Shown here piece after piece: positions 1 to 8,457 of a stretch of DNA of 32,000 nucleotides. The notes under the pieces were generated by a model. The model searched no databases and was not told where the DNA came from. It saw nothing but the letters and a program-made list of their open reading frames with translations. The number at the start of each line of letters is the position of its first letter. The stretch's first letter is position 1. Both the position numbers and the translations under genes were made by a program. Source of the DNA: Fibrobacter succinogenes subsp. succinogenes S85 (GTDB lineage: Bacteria > Fibrobacterota > Fibrobacteria > Fibrobacterales > Fibrobacteraceae); contig NC_017448.1 of assembly GCF_000146505.1 (NCBI RefSeq), positions 390,001 through 422,000 on the forward strand. The letters are read 5' to 3'.

Positions 1-537
1 CCGCCACGTTCCTCGACAGGAATAACGATATGCAGGCACTCGTGATAAACCACGCCTGCAATTGCATATAAAGGACAATTAGCAGCATCGTAGCCACGGC
101 TAATGCTAATCAAATGGAAGCTCTCGCCCGTCACCGGATCCTTGCGCACCGAATGGAAACTCAAGCCGCCCACGCGGTTACTCCAGGTGATTCGGCAAGT
201 GAGCGTTCCGTCAAAATACGTGTCGTTTATCGCGGCAAGCACGTCCGTCAAGTTGTGATGAACACCCTGCGGGCGGATCGGCGGCAAACGCCCCTTGCTC
301 GCCAGCGGAGTTTCACCTTTATCTGTAAAAATCTGGTCTACAGTCTGCCAAAAGCGATTCACCAAGTCCTTGACAATAGCCTTGTTCTTTTGCGTCTTAC
401 GGCGTACTGCATGTTCAGCCCATTCCGCAGCAAGTTCACGCGCTGCGGCAAATTCCGGCCCCTTCATGTACGCAGGCAGCAACACCTCCGGATGCCCAAA
501 CAAGAATCCCCCCTTACAGCGGATGCTCTTTTTCATA
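1..537 (-). CDS. SprT-like / HExxH zinc-metalloprotease domain protein. The N-terminal 179 codons are present and the gene runs off the left window edge.
   Basis: Absent from the ORF track because it has no stop in the window. Hand translation of the minus strand from the ATG (complement of 535-537) gives MKKSIRCKGGFLFGHPEVLLPAYMKGPEFAAARELAAEWAEHAVRRKTQKNKAIVKDLVNRFWQ...CRITWSNRVGGLSFHSVRKDPVTGESFHLISISRGYDAANCPLYAIAGVVYHECLHIVIPVEERGG. The frame is open to position 1. HECLH is an HExxH motif, and ITWSNR..G upstream of it matches the SprT-like layout. The listed + strand ORFs 114-614 and 295-645 look like antisense artefacts. Confidence 0.55.
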
Positions 538-652
538 AGCGGATTGTACTTGAAGTGTACAAGGCCATTGGCCGAGCAATCCGGCGAAGGAACCTTGACT
601 TCGGGTTCCGTTAGGGGCGCTACAAAGCCGAACAAGTCTAACTGACCGTCGT

Positions 653-1408
653 TCACTCGCCCAGCACTCCTTCATAGCCATTCAGCGCCAAGAGACCGCC
701 AAAAAAGCTTTCCGGCAACTCAAGCGCCGCATAATGTTCCGAGATTCCGTACACGGCATCTTCGACAACATCTGGCATATAAACTATATAACTATCGTTC
801 TGTTCGGTCTGGAGCATATCAGGCGTGCAATACTTTGGATCCGTTTCGCTAAAGTACATACGGCAAGAAACTGTACGCAACGGATAGACGGTGCAATCCC
901 CCACCTCGTTTGAAAACGGGCAAGAACGCCACCAGGCAAAGTAATCGTGCAAAGCCCTATCTTCGGCATCGTCTTCGGAAAGCCCCTCTTCCTTGCGAGA
1001 CTCGAACAGCGAATCAAACTTGTCCGAACGCATCTGGCAGGCCTCCATCAACGAGAGGAGGTCGTCCCTCTTGCGAAGTTCACTGTACATGAAAATCAGC
1101 TCGAATGGTTCCACCGACATCGGGTAGTGGTGGCAGCAGTTTCCGCAGGCAGGCCTGCACTGGATGGGCCTCGGCTGTTGTACAAGGACCGCCTTCAGAT
1201 ACTGGTCATAGGCGGCGTGATACGCTTGCGTGAACTTGAGTATCTCCGGCAACTGTTCCCGCAGATTGTCGGGACCAATGGCACATTCCCGCCCCAAGCT
1301 TTCGGCAATGGAGTCTAGGCGATCCCTTTCGACCCTGAGCAGGGAGGAAAGCCGCATTTCAGCAATACGGTAGGCCTTCGTCGGAAAATACTCTTTATAA
1401 GCATTCAT
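653..1408 (-). CDS. YkgJ-family cysteine-cluster (CxxCxxCC) putative Fe/Zn-binding protein
   Basis: ORF 653-1417. The listed start at 1417 is TTG, and the first ATG (MNAYKEY) is at 1408. The motif CRPACGNCC matches the CxxCGxCC signature of the YkgJ/UPF0153 family. Further Cys residues lie downstream (SCPF, DCTVY, SCRMY, YCTP). Confidence 0.6.
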   Translation of the reverse strand: MNAYKEYFPTKAYRIAEMRLSSLLRVERDRLDSIAESLGRECAIGPDNLREQLPEILKFTQAYHAAYDQYLKAVLVQQPRPIQCRPACGNCCHHYPMSVEPFELIFMYSELRKRDDLLSLMEACQMRSDKFDSLFESRKEEGLSEDDAEDRALHDYFAWWRSCPFSNEVGDCTVYPLRTVSCRMYFSETDPKYCTPDMLQTEQNDSYIVYMPDVVEDAVYGISEHYAALELPESFFGGLLALNGYEGVLGE

Positions 1409-1540
1409 TGAGCGCAAATATATTTTTTTACGGGATTACCGAAAAAACTGGCAATAAAAAAAAGCGGATTATTCATTTTTGTAAGAATGAAGTTATTTTA
1501 TTGTACGGAGTAATGAAATAATTTTTTCAGGACCGGCAAT

Positions 1541-2962
1541 ATGAGAAAAATTTCGCAAGGCAATTGGATGTGGCCTATCACAATCGCATTGTCACTCGGC
1601 ATAGCAGGTTGCAACCTGTTCCACCCGACTGGCAGCCGCGACGCCGACAGCAGCGATGCTGCAGCACTGACTCACGACGGATACCTTGAGTATCAAAAGT
1701 CAAACTACGATGTCGCCCGCAATTTTTTCAGCAAGGCCCTGCGTGCGGACTCCGGATATTCTGAAGCATGGGTTGGCCTTTGCAAGACGGTCCTAAAAGC
1801 GCAAGAAGGAATCGACGCCTTTGAGCTTGCCTCCTACGCACAAAATCAGCAAGACGAAAACGGCAAGGTGACCAACGGGTTCCTCGTCATGAGCGACGAA
1901 AAAGCGGACTCCATCTCGCGTGGTATTGATTCAGTCATGTTCTATCTGAACCAGTTTGTCGCCCGCGACACAACCGACAGGACCGACAAGAAAGTTCGAT
2001 TCAGCAACATCGCCGATAGCTACACCATACTCCAACTCACCAAGGCGGCTCTCCGCGTCAGGGCCGTAAACACGCAGCTTTCAAGCGTTGTCTCAGCCAA
2101 CAGCTCCGGCATGATGATGGACCTCAACGCACTGAACGACCTCGGCGATAGTCTCAAGCCGTTTCTCAATGACATGGCCGCAGCAGCCGAAGCCATCAAG
2201 GTTGCACCAGAAGCCGCGGCCGAAATCATCAAGGCCTACCTGCCCGACTCCACCCGCCAGGATTTTGAAGATGACGATTACGCCGAAATCTCGGTCGGAC
2301 TTGCCAATACAGTCATCCAAATGAACGACAGAGCGCAAACAGTTCCCGAAGACCGTGAAAGCGTATTCTTCAACTTCGGAAACGGCCGCGACGATGACGG
2401 CGACGGATGCGTCGACGAAGAAGCGCTTGACAATTACGACAACGACGGAGACGGCGAAATCGATGAAGATGTCCGCGACAGCCGCTCGATTGTCCTCGTA
2501 AAGAAGAGACCGACAAACTACGAAGAGCTCAAGGCTCTCGGCTATGATCCGACGACTTACGACCTGACAAAAGCCCAGCTTGACTCCCTCAGTGTCCTTG
2601 AAAAGTACAACATCATTGATATCGACATGGACGGGAAGACGACTCAGGATGACCTGGATGAATGGGAATTCATTTACCGCGACCCCAACGAGCGCGATGA
2701 AAAGAAGAACCACAGGCTCAAGTTCACAACAACCATCAATTTCATGTACGCTGAAGGCGGCATGTTCCCGGAAAATCAAGACGAAAAGACTGTTGAAAAA
2801 ATTAATTCTCTCATTGAAAAGAAAGAACTTATCCGTAAGGACAACGACATCAACAACATCAAGTACGACTGGAGAAAGCGTGCAGAGATGGTTGGTGGAT
2901 GCTGGACAAATTACGATGACGAAAAGTTCCTCAAGTGGTTTGAAGGGAGAATCGTAAAATGA
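1541..2962 (+). CDS. Lipoprotein with a TPR-like N-terminal region and acidic Ca-binding-like loops (thrombospondin-type-3 / EF-hand-like)
   Basis: The signal peptide ends in the lipobox LSLGIAGC. The segment YDVARNFFSKALRADSGYSEAWVGL is TPR-like. Acidic loops are DDDGDGCVDEE, DNDGDGEIDED and DIDMDGKTTQDDLDE (DxDxDG pattern). The stop overlaps the next start (ATGA at 2959-2962). Confidence 0.6.
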   Translation: MRKISQGNWMWPITIALSLGIAGCNLFHPTGSRDADSSDAAALTHDGYLEYQKSNYDVARNFFSKALRADSGYSEAWVGLCKTVLKAQEGIDAFELASYAQNQQDENGKVTNGFLVMSDEKADSISRGIDSVMFYLNQFVARDTTDRTDKKVRFSNIADSYTILQLTKAALRVRAVNTQLSSVVSANSSGMMMDLNALNDLGDSLKPFLNDMAAAAEAIKVAPEAAAEIIKAYLPDSTRQDFEDDDYAEISVGLANTVIQMNDRAQTVPEDRESVFFNFGNGRDDDGDGCVDEEALDNYDNDGDGEIDEDVRDSRSIVLVKKRPTNYEELKALGYDPTTYDLTKAQLDSLSVLEKYNIIDIDMDGKTTQDDLDEWEFIYRDPNERDEKKNHRLKFTTTINFMYAEGGMFPENQDEKTVEKINSLIEKKELIRKDNDINNIKYDWRKRAEMVGGCWTNYDDEKFLKWFEGRIVK

Positions 2963-4230
2963 ATAAACTAACAATACTTGCCATTCTCGCCTGCGCTTTT
3001 GGAATTGTCTCTGCTAAGTCACCAATGCATTTTTCGCTCCGTGCAGAATCCATGGGTGGCGCCCACGTCGCCGTCGTTGACGACAAGGAAGCAATCCATT
3101 ACAACTATGCAGGTTTGAGCCAAATTAACAGACTCGGCAACTTTGAAAAACGCCCTGAACAAGGTTACTACCCACGTAACTGGATTGGCGACATGCGACT
3201 CACCTTCGGCGGTGCAGGCGACATTTTCAAGTTCCTCACGACTTACAGCGATGTGAAGGACGTTCAGGATTTGTTCCGTGCGGCACAGAACGATGCCGAC
3301 CGCATAACCGCAGATCATCCGATGCCTTCCAGCAGAACCGGCGCCATTCTTGATTCACTCATCGCAAACCCCAAATACGTCAAGACCATCAACTCTTACG
3401 ACCACAAGACCATGGAAGCAAGAGTCAAGTTCGATGCGGAATTGGCGTTCCACAACTTCGGTGCAGCATTCTGGATGAACGGAAGCGTCGCCCCTTACGT
3501 TGATGCAGGAATCATCCTCCCCTACGTCGTTGTAGATACATTCATCATCGATGCTGTCGCGCAGATGGGTGGCGCCTACGAAATCATCCCGAATCAACTT
3601 TCTGTCGGTTTGGGCGGTAAAATCGTCAAGCGCCACAAGACCAACATGGTGACCGTTGGTCTTGCCAATTACAGTTCAATTGTAGACACCCTTAAAGATC
3701 AAGCGGGCGATGCGACCGACAACTTCTTTGATTCCAAGACATTCTCGTTTGGCCTTGACTTGGGCGTACTTTACCAGTTCAACCGCGAAATTCGCTTTGG
3801 CGCATCGCTCAGAGACATTTACTTCAAGCAGCTCGCTGGCGAAACGCTGATTCCGAATTTTACCATCGGTGCAAACTACAGCCCGAAATTCATGAACAGC
3901 AATACAGGCTTTGGACGCAAATTTAACGTGGCCGTAGACTTTGCCGACATGTTTAACGCCGATAGGAATTACAAGTTCTTTACGCACTTGAACTTCGGTT
4001 TTGAACTGGAGCAGACGCTCGCCGCAATTCCGGGACTTAACAACGAAATTCGCTTTATCACCCTCAGGCTTGCAGGCGGTTTCAGAGGCGGTTACCCCTC
4101 TGCAGGTGTCGGGCTTGAGATATTGCGTTTCTTCTCGGTTGAAGCGGCCACCTGGGGCGAAGAACGCGGCTACTACACCGGTCAGGACGAGAACCGAATT
4201 TACATGGTTCAAGCAAGCATCGGCTTTTAG
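2959..4230 (+). CDS. Outer-membrane beta-barrel protein; family uncertain, possibly FadL/PorV-like
   Basis: Signal peptide MNKLTILAILACAFGIVSA. Alternating hydrophobic beta-strand patterns run throughout. An aromatic C-terminal residue (...VQASIGF) is typical of OMPs. The N-terminal SMGGAHVAV..NYAGLS motif resembles OM channel families. The gene is translationally coupled to the upstream lipoprotein. Confidence 0.6.
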   Translation: MNKLTILAILACAFGIVSAKSPMHFSLRAESMGGAHVAVVDDKEAIHYNYAGLSQINRLGNFEKRPEQGYYPRNWIGDMRLTFGGAGDIFKFLTTYSDVKDVQDLFRAAQNDADRITADHPMPSSRTGAILDSLIANPKYVKTINSYDHKTMEARVKFDAELAFHNFGAAFWMNGSVAPYVDAGIILPYVVVDTFIIDAVAQMGGAYEIIPNQLSVGLGGKIVKRHKTNMVTVGLANYSSIVDTLKDQAGDATDNFFDSKTFSFGLDLGVLYQFNREIRFGASLRDIYFKQLAGETLIPNFTIGANYSPKFMNSNTGFGRKFNVAVDFADMFNADRNYKFFTHLNFGFELEQTLAAIPGLNNEIRFITLRLAGGFRGGYPSAGVGLEILRFFSVEAATWGEERGYYTGQDENRIYMVQASIGF

Positions 4231-4250
4231 TTTAGACGATTATGACGAGA

Positions 4251-4275
4251 AAAGGCGGAGTTCAGCTCCGCCTTT
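4251..4275. terminator. Bidirectional intrinsic terminator hairpin between convergent genes
   Basis: AAAGGCGGAG (4251-4260), loop TTCAG, CTCCGCCTTT (4266-4275): a perfect 10-bp stem. It is flanked by an A-run on the left and a T-run on the right, so either strand gets a stem followed by Us. It sits between the OMP stop (4230) and the GH5 stop (4298). Confidence 0.6.
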
Positions 4276-4297
4276 GATGTATGAGGTTAGGGATGAC

Positions 4298-5725
4298 TTA
4301 TTTCTTAACTTTCACGACTCTCGCTTGCGGGTTCTGCTTGCCAAGCAAGTCATAAGTGCGGGAGGTGCGCAAGCTGCGGGACTGCACCGGGCGATTGCGC
4401 TTGAAAATGGAAATCGTACCATCGTCGGTCTTAAAGTTTTCAATGTGCGTAATGCCGTTATTCACGTAATCGTCAAGGCCGTACGCATGACGCATGATGT
4501 TCAAAACGTCCTTGTCAAACACGGAACCGTCCGGTTCTGTCTGGCGACGGATAATAGTCATGTTGTTTTCGCCTTCGTGGCCCGTATCCCAGGCGATAGG
4601 CACCACTTTGTTTTCCTTCGCGAGTTTCATCACGGCATCGTAATAAGCGAGGCGGCCCTTGCGGTGTTTCGCATAATTGTCGCCGGTCAACACCCCCACG
4701 CGGTCATTCGCACCGAACTCGCCGATAATCACAGGCACGCCCTTATTGACAAAATTCTTTTTCATCTTGCCGAACTGGTCCTGAATTTGTGCGCTGGTGC
4801 ACTTGTCGCCCATAGCTCCCGCCCAGGCGTTGTAGCCGCAGTTATGCACAATATCCGCACCAGTCGCGAGGTCGTCGCCCCAGTAGTACTGCGGATAGAC
4901 CTGAGCGCCCCAATCAACAACGTCATTCAACAGCGTGTAGGTATAAGGGTCATAGAAATGCACTTCGACCATCAGGCGGTCCGCAATCACGTCTTTCGGG
5001 AGCTTGCTCACAGGCATCACTTCGCAACTGCGGTCCACACTTGTCGATGGCCCCTGAATCACGAGCGTACGGCTGGCGTTGTTGCCACCCGTTGCACGCA
5101 CGGCGTCCACAAACGACTGGTGGTACGTCATCAGGATTTCGGTTTCGTGCTTGTAATTATCGTCCGTTGTCGCGGGTTCGTTAGCGCTTGCAAAAAGCAA
5201 ATTTTCGTTATAGTTCTTGAAGCGGTTTGCAATCTGCGTCCAGAAATCCTTCTGGCGGGCGTTCACCTTGTCTTTTTCCTTGTCGTTTAGGTTGCCTTCG
5301 AGCCAGCCATTATCCCAATGGATGTTCAAAATCGTCACAAGGCCAGCGCGCATGCAGTAATCCACGACCGTCTGCACGGAATCCATCCAGCTAGAAGCAA
5401 TTTCGTTCGGGCCACCGCCCGGAACAATGTCTGCCCTGCTAGAATCGCGCGACAAAGCATTCGAATGGCTGTACCACGCGCACGGAATACGAATCGTGCT
5501 GAAGCCCGCCGCCTTGACCGAATCAATGTACGCCTCAGTCGGGAACTTGTTGCCCCACCACGTCGGATTCTGAGGAACTTCCATCGTGTTCCCGATATTT
5601 ATGCCAAAGCCCATCTTGGCAAACATTTCGTTTGCCGTCGGCAAATCTGCCGCGAAGGAATTTGACGCCAATGCAAAAGAGAACGCGCTGCAAAGAGCAG
5701 CAACGCGAATGTGCTGTTTCAACAT
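4298..5725 (-). CDS. Secreted glycoside hydrolase family 5 (endoglucanase/cellulase-type) with a short basic C-terminal tail
   Basis: GH5 hallmarks are present: FSTIRIPCAW, FASANEP (NEP acid/base) and VIIGEFG (GEF nucleophile). The likely true start is MLKQHIRVAALCSAFSFALASNSFA (signal peptide) at 5725 rather than the ORF-track start at 5818. The tail RSLRTSRTYDLLGKQNPQARVVKVKK is strongly basic. Confidence 0.85.
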   Translation of the reverse strand: MLKQHIRVAALCSAFSFALASNSFAADLPTANEMFAKMGFGINIGNTMEVPQNPTWWGNKFPTEAYIDSVKAAGFSTIRIPCAWYSHSNALSRDSSRADIVPGGGPNEIASSWMDSVQTVVDYCMRAGLVTILNIHWDNGWLEGNLNDKEKDKVNARQKDFWTQIANRFKNYNENLLFASANEPATTDDNYKHETEILMTYHQSFVDAVRATGGNNASRTLVIQGPSTSVDRSCEVMPVSKLPKDVIADRLMVEVHFYDPYTYTLLNDVVDWGAQVYPQYYWGDDLATGADIVHNCGYNAWAGAMGDKCTSAQIQDQFGKMKKNFVNKGVPVIIGEFGANDRVGVLTGDNYAKHRKGRLAYYDAVMKLAKENKVVPIAWDTGHEGENNMTIIRRQTEPDGSVFDKDVLNIMRHAYGLDDYVNNGITHIENFKTDDGTISIFKRNRPVQSRSLRTSRTYDLLGKQNPQARVVKVKK

Positions 5726-5844
5726 AGTTAATCCTTTGGTTCTATGCCATTCGCGTTTTATCCCCAAACAACGAAAGACCATAACACCGAATTTAAATAT
5801 ACGCTCAAAGCACGGCAAAAGCCCAAGTTCAGCCGTTAAAAGTG

Positions 5845-5859
5845 TTGACGATTTGTCAA
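5845..5859. promoter_or_regulatory. Palindrome TTGAC-N5-GTCAA upstream of the GH5 gene. Candidate operator; read on the minus strand it also contains a TTGACA -35-like hexamer.
   Basis: TTGAC (5845-5849), gattt, GTCAA (5855-5859). It lies about 120 nt upstream of the GH5 start at 5725. No functional evidence. Confidence 0.2.
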
Positions 5860-5943
5860 ACAGGTATGGGCTATGGGGTCGCTACGCTCTGAGCTATGGG
5901 CAACACCTGCTTAAGTGGGAATTTCCATCCCGTTTTAAGAAAA

Positions 5944-7161
5944 TTATTCTTTCACATCGTTTTCGAAAAGAGCATAGCCTCGGGCAGCTTTCAACATATT
6001 CGTGGTAGTATCAACTTGAATACCAATAAAACCGGTATAAAGCCTCAAAGGAATCTTTTCACCTGAATAATTCCATTCAATCCGTATCGAGGTCACTCCT
6101 CTAGGAACATTATTAACATCCAGTTGTTCATTCCAATCTGGAGAATGCCTTTTATAAGCATCAATACGTTCGTTTAAATAATTACTCTCGTTTATATCTA
6201 ATCCAGTGTACGGGAAAAATCTAGAAATCCAACCATTAAAGGTCACATTGCCACAAAATTCTGGAATGTAACGCTTGTATATTCCTCTCCAATGATCCAT
6301 ATTTATTTTGCCTTCAAAGACATTGATAAATTCATCAAGAATAGGATTAAGCCCAACAGCCCACCAATCCATATCCAGACGCGATGCAAGTCTGTTAAAA
6401 GAATCCTTGAGCAAAATCCAGTCTTCTTTTTTACCATTTATCTTGATTTTGGGGATTCCGCAAAGCGAAGAAACCACATACTCGTAATATTCAGCAGCCA
6501 CAGCCATGACCATCGCACTAGAAATGTTGTAATCCACCGGGCTTGTCGTCGAGAACTTTGTTTTAAGCGGCAACCCAGTCTCTTCGGGCAACTTGGACTG
6601 CAAGACTTCAAATAAATTCGCAAGCGTCCAGAACCATTCATGATGCGTTGATTCGGTGGTCAGCGAATTATCCTCAAAAGTAACTACAGTATCCGTTCCC
6701 GGAGTAACAAACTTATCTTTCAAAGCTTCGCGATTGCTTTTGACATGGTAGCGGAAACCATCCAAAATCATAAGCCAAATATCATCTGGGTTTATTTCCA
6801 GAGAATAATGATTGGCAAACGCAAGTTCAACGACATCAAAGAATGATGATATATCAGACGTTCCACTGATAAAAGGGCTTATCGAATCAGAATACGCATA
6901 AAAAATCTTGCGTCCTCTTTCTTGTTTATTTATAGAAAAATGTTCTGCAAAACCACCCTTTTCAACAGGAACAAGTTTCTCTTTAAAAGGTTTGCTTTGA
7001 ACGCTAGAATCAACGATCATGACATACGCACACGTATCGCGGACAAAGCCTTCGAAACTTTGCTTCGCGTTCGAAGACAATTTGATGACTTTTTCGTCTC
7101 CACAAGAAGAAAGTACGTATGCGGCTAGGATAAAGAAAAAGAATTTGTAAAGGATATGCAT
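5944..7161 (-). CDS. Lipoprotein, DUF4419-like module only (P3 of the paralog array)
   Basis: Lipobox ...AAYVLSSC. The segments HYSLEINPDDIWLMILDGFRYHVKSNREALKDKFV and CGIPKIKINGKKEDWILLKDSFNRL match my recollection of the DUF4419 family signatures (..RPDDVWLAIL.QF.FY....AE.LR..FV, GIP.vtL.G...DW..il.rl). It is clearly paralogous to 9587-10897 and to the N-half of 10904-13321. It ends right after the P module (KAARGYALFENDVKE). Confidence 0.75.
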   Translation of the reverse strand: MHILYKFFFFILAAYVLSSCGDEKVIKLSSNAKQSFEGFVRDTCAYVMIVDSSVQSKPFKEKLVPVEKGGFAEHFSINKQERGRKIFYAYSDSISPFISGTSDISSFFDVVELAFANHYSLEINPDDIWLMILDGFRYHVKSNREALKDKFVTPGTDTVVTFEDNSLTTESTHHEWFWTLANLFEVLQSKLPEETGLPLKTKFSTTSPVDYNISSAMVMAVAAEYYEYVVSSLCGIPKIKINGKKEDWILLKDSFNRLASRLDMDWWAVGLNPILDEFINVFEGKINMDHWRGIYKRYIPEFCGNVTFNGWISRFFPYTGLDINESNYLNERIDAYKRHSPDWNEQLDVNNVPRGVTSIRIEWNYSGEKIPLRLYTGFIGIQVDTTTNMLKAARGYALFENDVKE

Positions 7162-7179
7162 ACTAACAATATAAAAAAT

Positions 7180-8457
7180 TTATTCTTCCACAAAGCAGGC
7201 CGGGATTTTGAGCTGGACGACTTGATTTAAAGAAAGGTCTTCTTTGACGTACATAGCATGGTATCGATCAAACAACGTGTATATTGTCGGAAATTTAATC
7301 GGCTTTTTAGTGAATAGCGGCTCTATTTTTATACATTCCAAATAATTAATTCCGCTCGTAGCAAAGTCCTTCGTAAATCGGATTTCATCACAATGTTCTT
7401 TGATAATGCCAGAATAACCGGCAATCTCAACAGAATCTTTTTCACTTCCCTCTCCCTTACATTCCAATCGGAAATATTCTCTAGAAAACGAAAGATGGAC
7501 CTTTTCTGACTTGACAATTTCTTGTGCAGCGACATAACTCCAAATATTCCGTGATTGTAATTCCGGAGGCAAATTATCAGAGAAATACATACAAGGAAGC
7601 GGATCCATAAGACGAGTTTGCACCGTTGGCGGCATCCAGGCATAATATAAAATGGACTTGACTTCTTCCAAAAAATCCTTATACTCGGGATGTTCCGTAT
7701 CCATCGAAACATTCGTAACGCGACCACTATCCCCAAACGTAATCGTAGCATCAACAGAAAGATTAAAGCCCTCTTTATAATATCGTTTGAGCGCTCGTTC
7801 AAGCCGCCAACCACAAGGTTTCTTTACACTTTGAATAAGGCCCGTTTCAAATTCCCTTGGCGGCATCGTATCACCAAGATTTTTCCCTTCTTTAAGTTCA
7901 AAAGCGTCAATGTATATATCCACTTTCAACGCTGGTAGATTCGGACGTGTTTTGAATTCCGCAGTTTTACCCTCTGTAGAAATTTTCCGTTCCTTGAAAA
8001 ACGCATAAATAGGATCCAGTTTTTTTATTCTGCCACAACCTTGCAACGAATATACAACGCCATCAAACACCGTATCCCCAGAATAAGGATTTTCAAAGTA
8101 GAATAAATAATCAATCAGTTTCCCTTTTTGAAATAAGCTAACAGACAAATTCGCTTCATCTTCAGAAACATATCTGAGGCTTCTATCATATTCAACATAT
8201 TCTTCATCAAGTACCGAAGCCTTGGCAAATTTTTTGATTTCCTTCAAGCTATTCGTTGTGTAGGCCAAGCCCTGCGCGTTATAAACAACCATAGAATCTG
8301 CAAGCGCTAAAGATTCTTGCATAGGTCGCGGTTTTCCAGGAATAAAATCTACAGAAACATTATCACGTTCCTGTTCGCAAGAGAGCAGAACGCATGCGGC
8401 AAGGATGAGGAAAAGAAATTTAGAAACGGAAATCTTCATTGTATTTTTCATCTTCAT
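7180..8457 (-). CDS. Lipoprotein, Q module only (Q3): a P-type signal peptide joined directly to the linker and Q domain
   Basis: Lipobox LILAACVLLSC followed by EQERD, as in P2. The next segment, NVSVDFIPGKPRPMQESLALADSMVVYN, aligns to the P-Q linker of the fused paralog (NVADTMTYIPGKPHRMLEMLAISDSMNIYD). The C-terminus is ...VVQLKIPACFVEE. Start is ambiguous: 8457, 8451 or 8439 (MKISVSKF...). Confidence 0.7.
   Translation of the reverse strand: MKMKNTMKISVSKFLFLILAACVLLSCEQERDNVSVDFIPGKPRPMQESLALADSMVVYNAQGLAYTTNSLKEIKKFAKASVLDEEYVEYDRSLRYVSEDEANLSVSLFQKGKLIDYLFYFENPYSGDTVFDGVVYSLQGCGRIKKLDPIYAFFKERKISTEGKTAEFKTRPNLPALKVDIYIDAFELKEGKNLGDTMPPREFETGLIQSVKKPCGWRLERALKRYYKEGFNLSVDATITFGDSGRVTNVSMDTEHPEYKDFLEEVKSILYYAWMPPTVQTRLMDPLPCMYFSDNLPPELQSRNIWSYVAAQEIVKSEKVHLSFSREYFRLECKGEGSEKDSVEIAGYSGIIKEHCDEIRFTKDFATSGINYLECIKIEPLFTKKPIKFPTIYTLFDRYHAMYVKEDLSLNQVVQLKIPACFVEE

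Noticed and set aside
114-645. Two + strand ORFs (166 and 116 aa) at the left edge.
   Set aside because: The minus-strand frame across the same DNA encodes a coherent HExxH (SprT-like) protein that is open to the window edge. The + strand products look like reverse-frame noise.
4001-5290. A 429-aa + strand ORF overlapping the end of the OMP gene and the GH5 gene.
   Set aside because: It is antisense to the GH5 gene, which has clear catalytic motifs. The translation is featureless and rich in R, H and V.
5726-5818. A 31-codon N-terminal extension of the GH5 ORF (MPCFERIFKFGV...).
   Set aside because: A canonical signal peptide begins at the internal Met (MLKQHIRVAALCSAFSFALASNSFA), and the extension has no signal-like or conserved character.
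5861-5905. A tRNA-like fragment on the minus strand (GCCCATAGCTCAGAGCGTAGC...) and repeated CTATGGG words.
   Set aside because: Only a D-arm-like TAGCTCAG string is present. There is no anticodon stem, T-arm (GTTCRANYC) or acceptor complementarity, and the segment is too short. The CTATGGG repeats have no inverted partner and may be chance.
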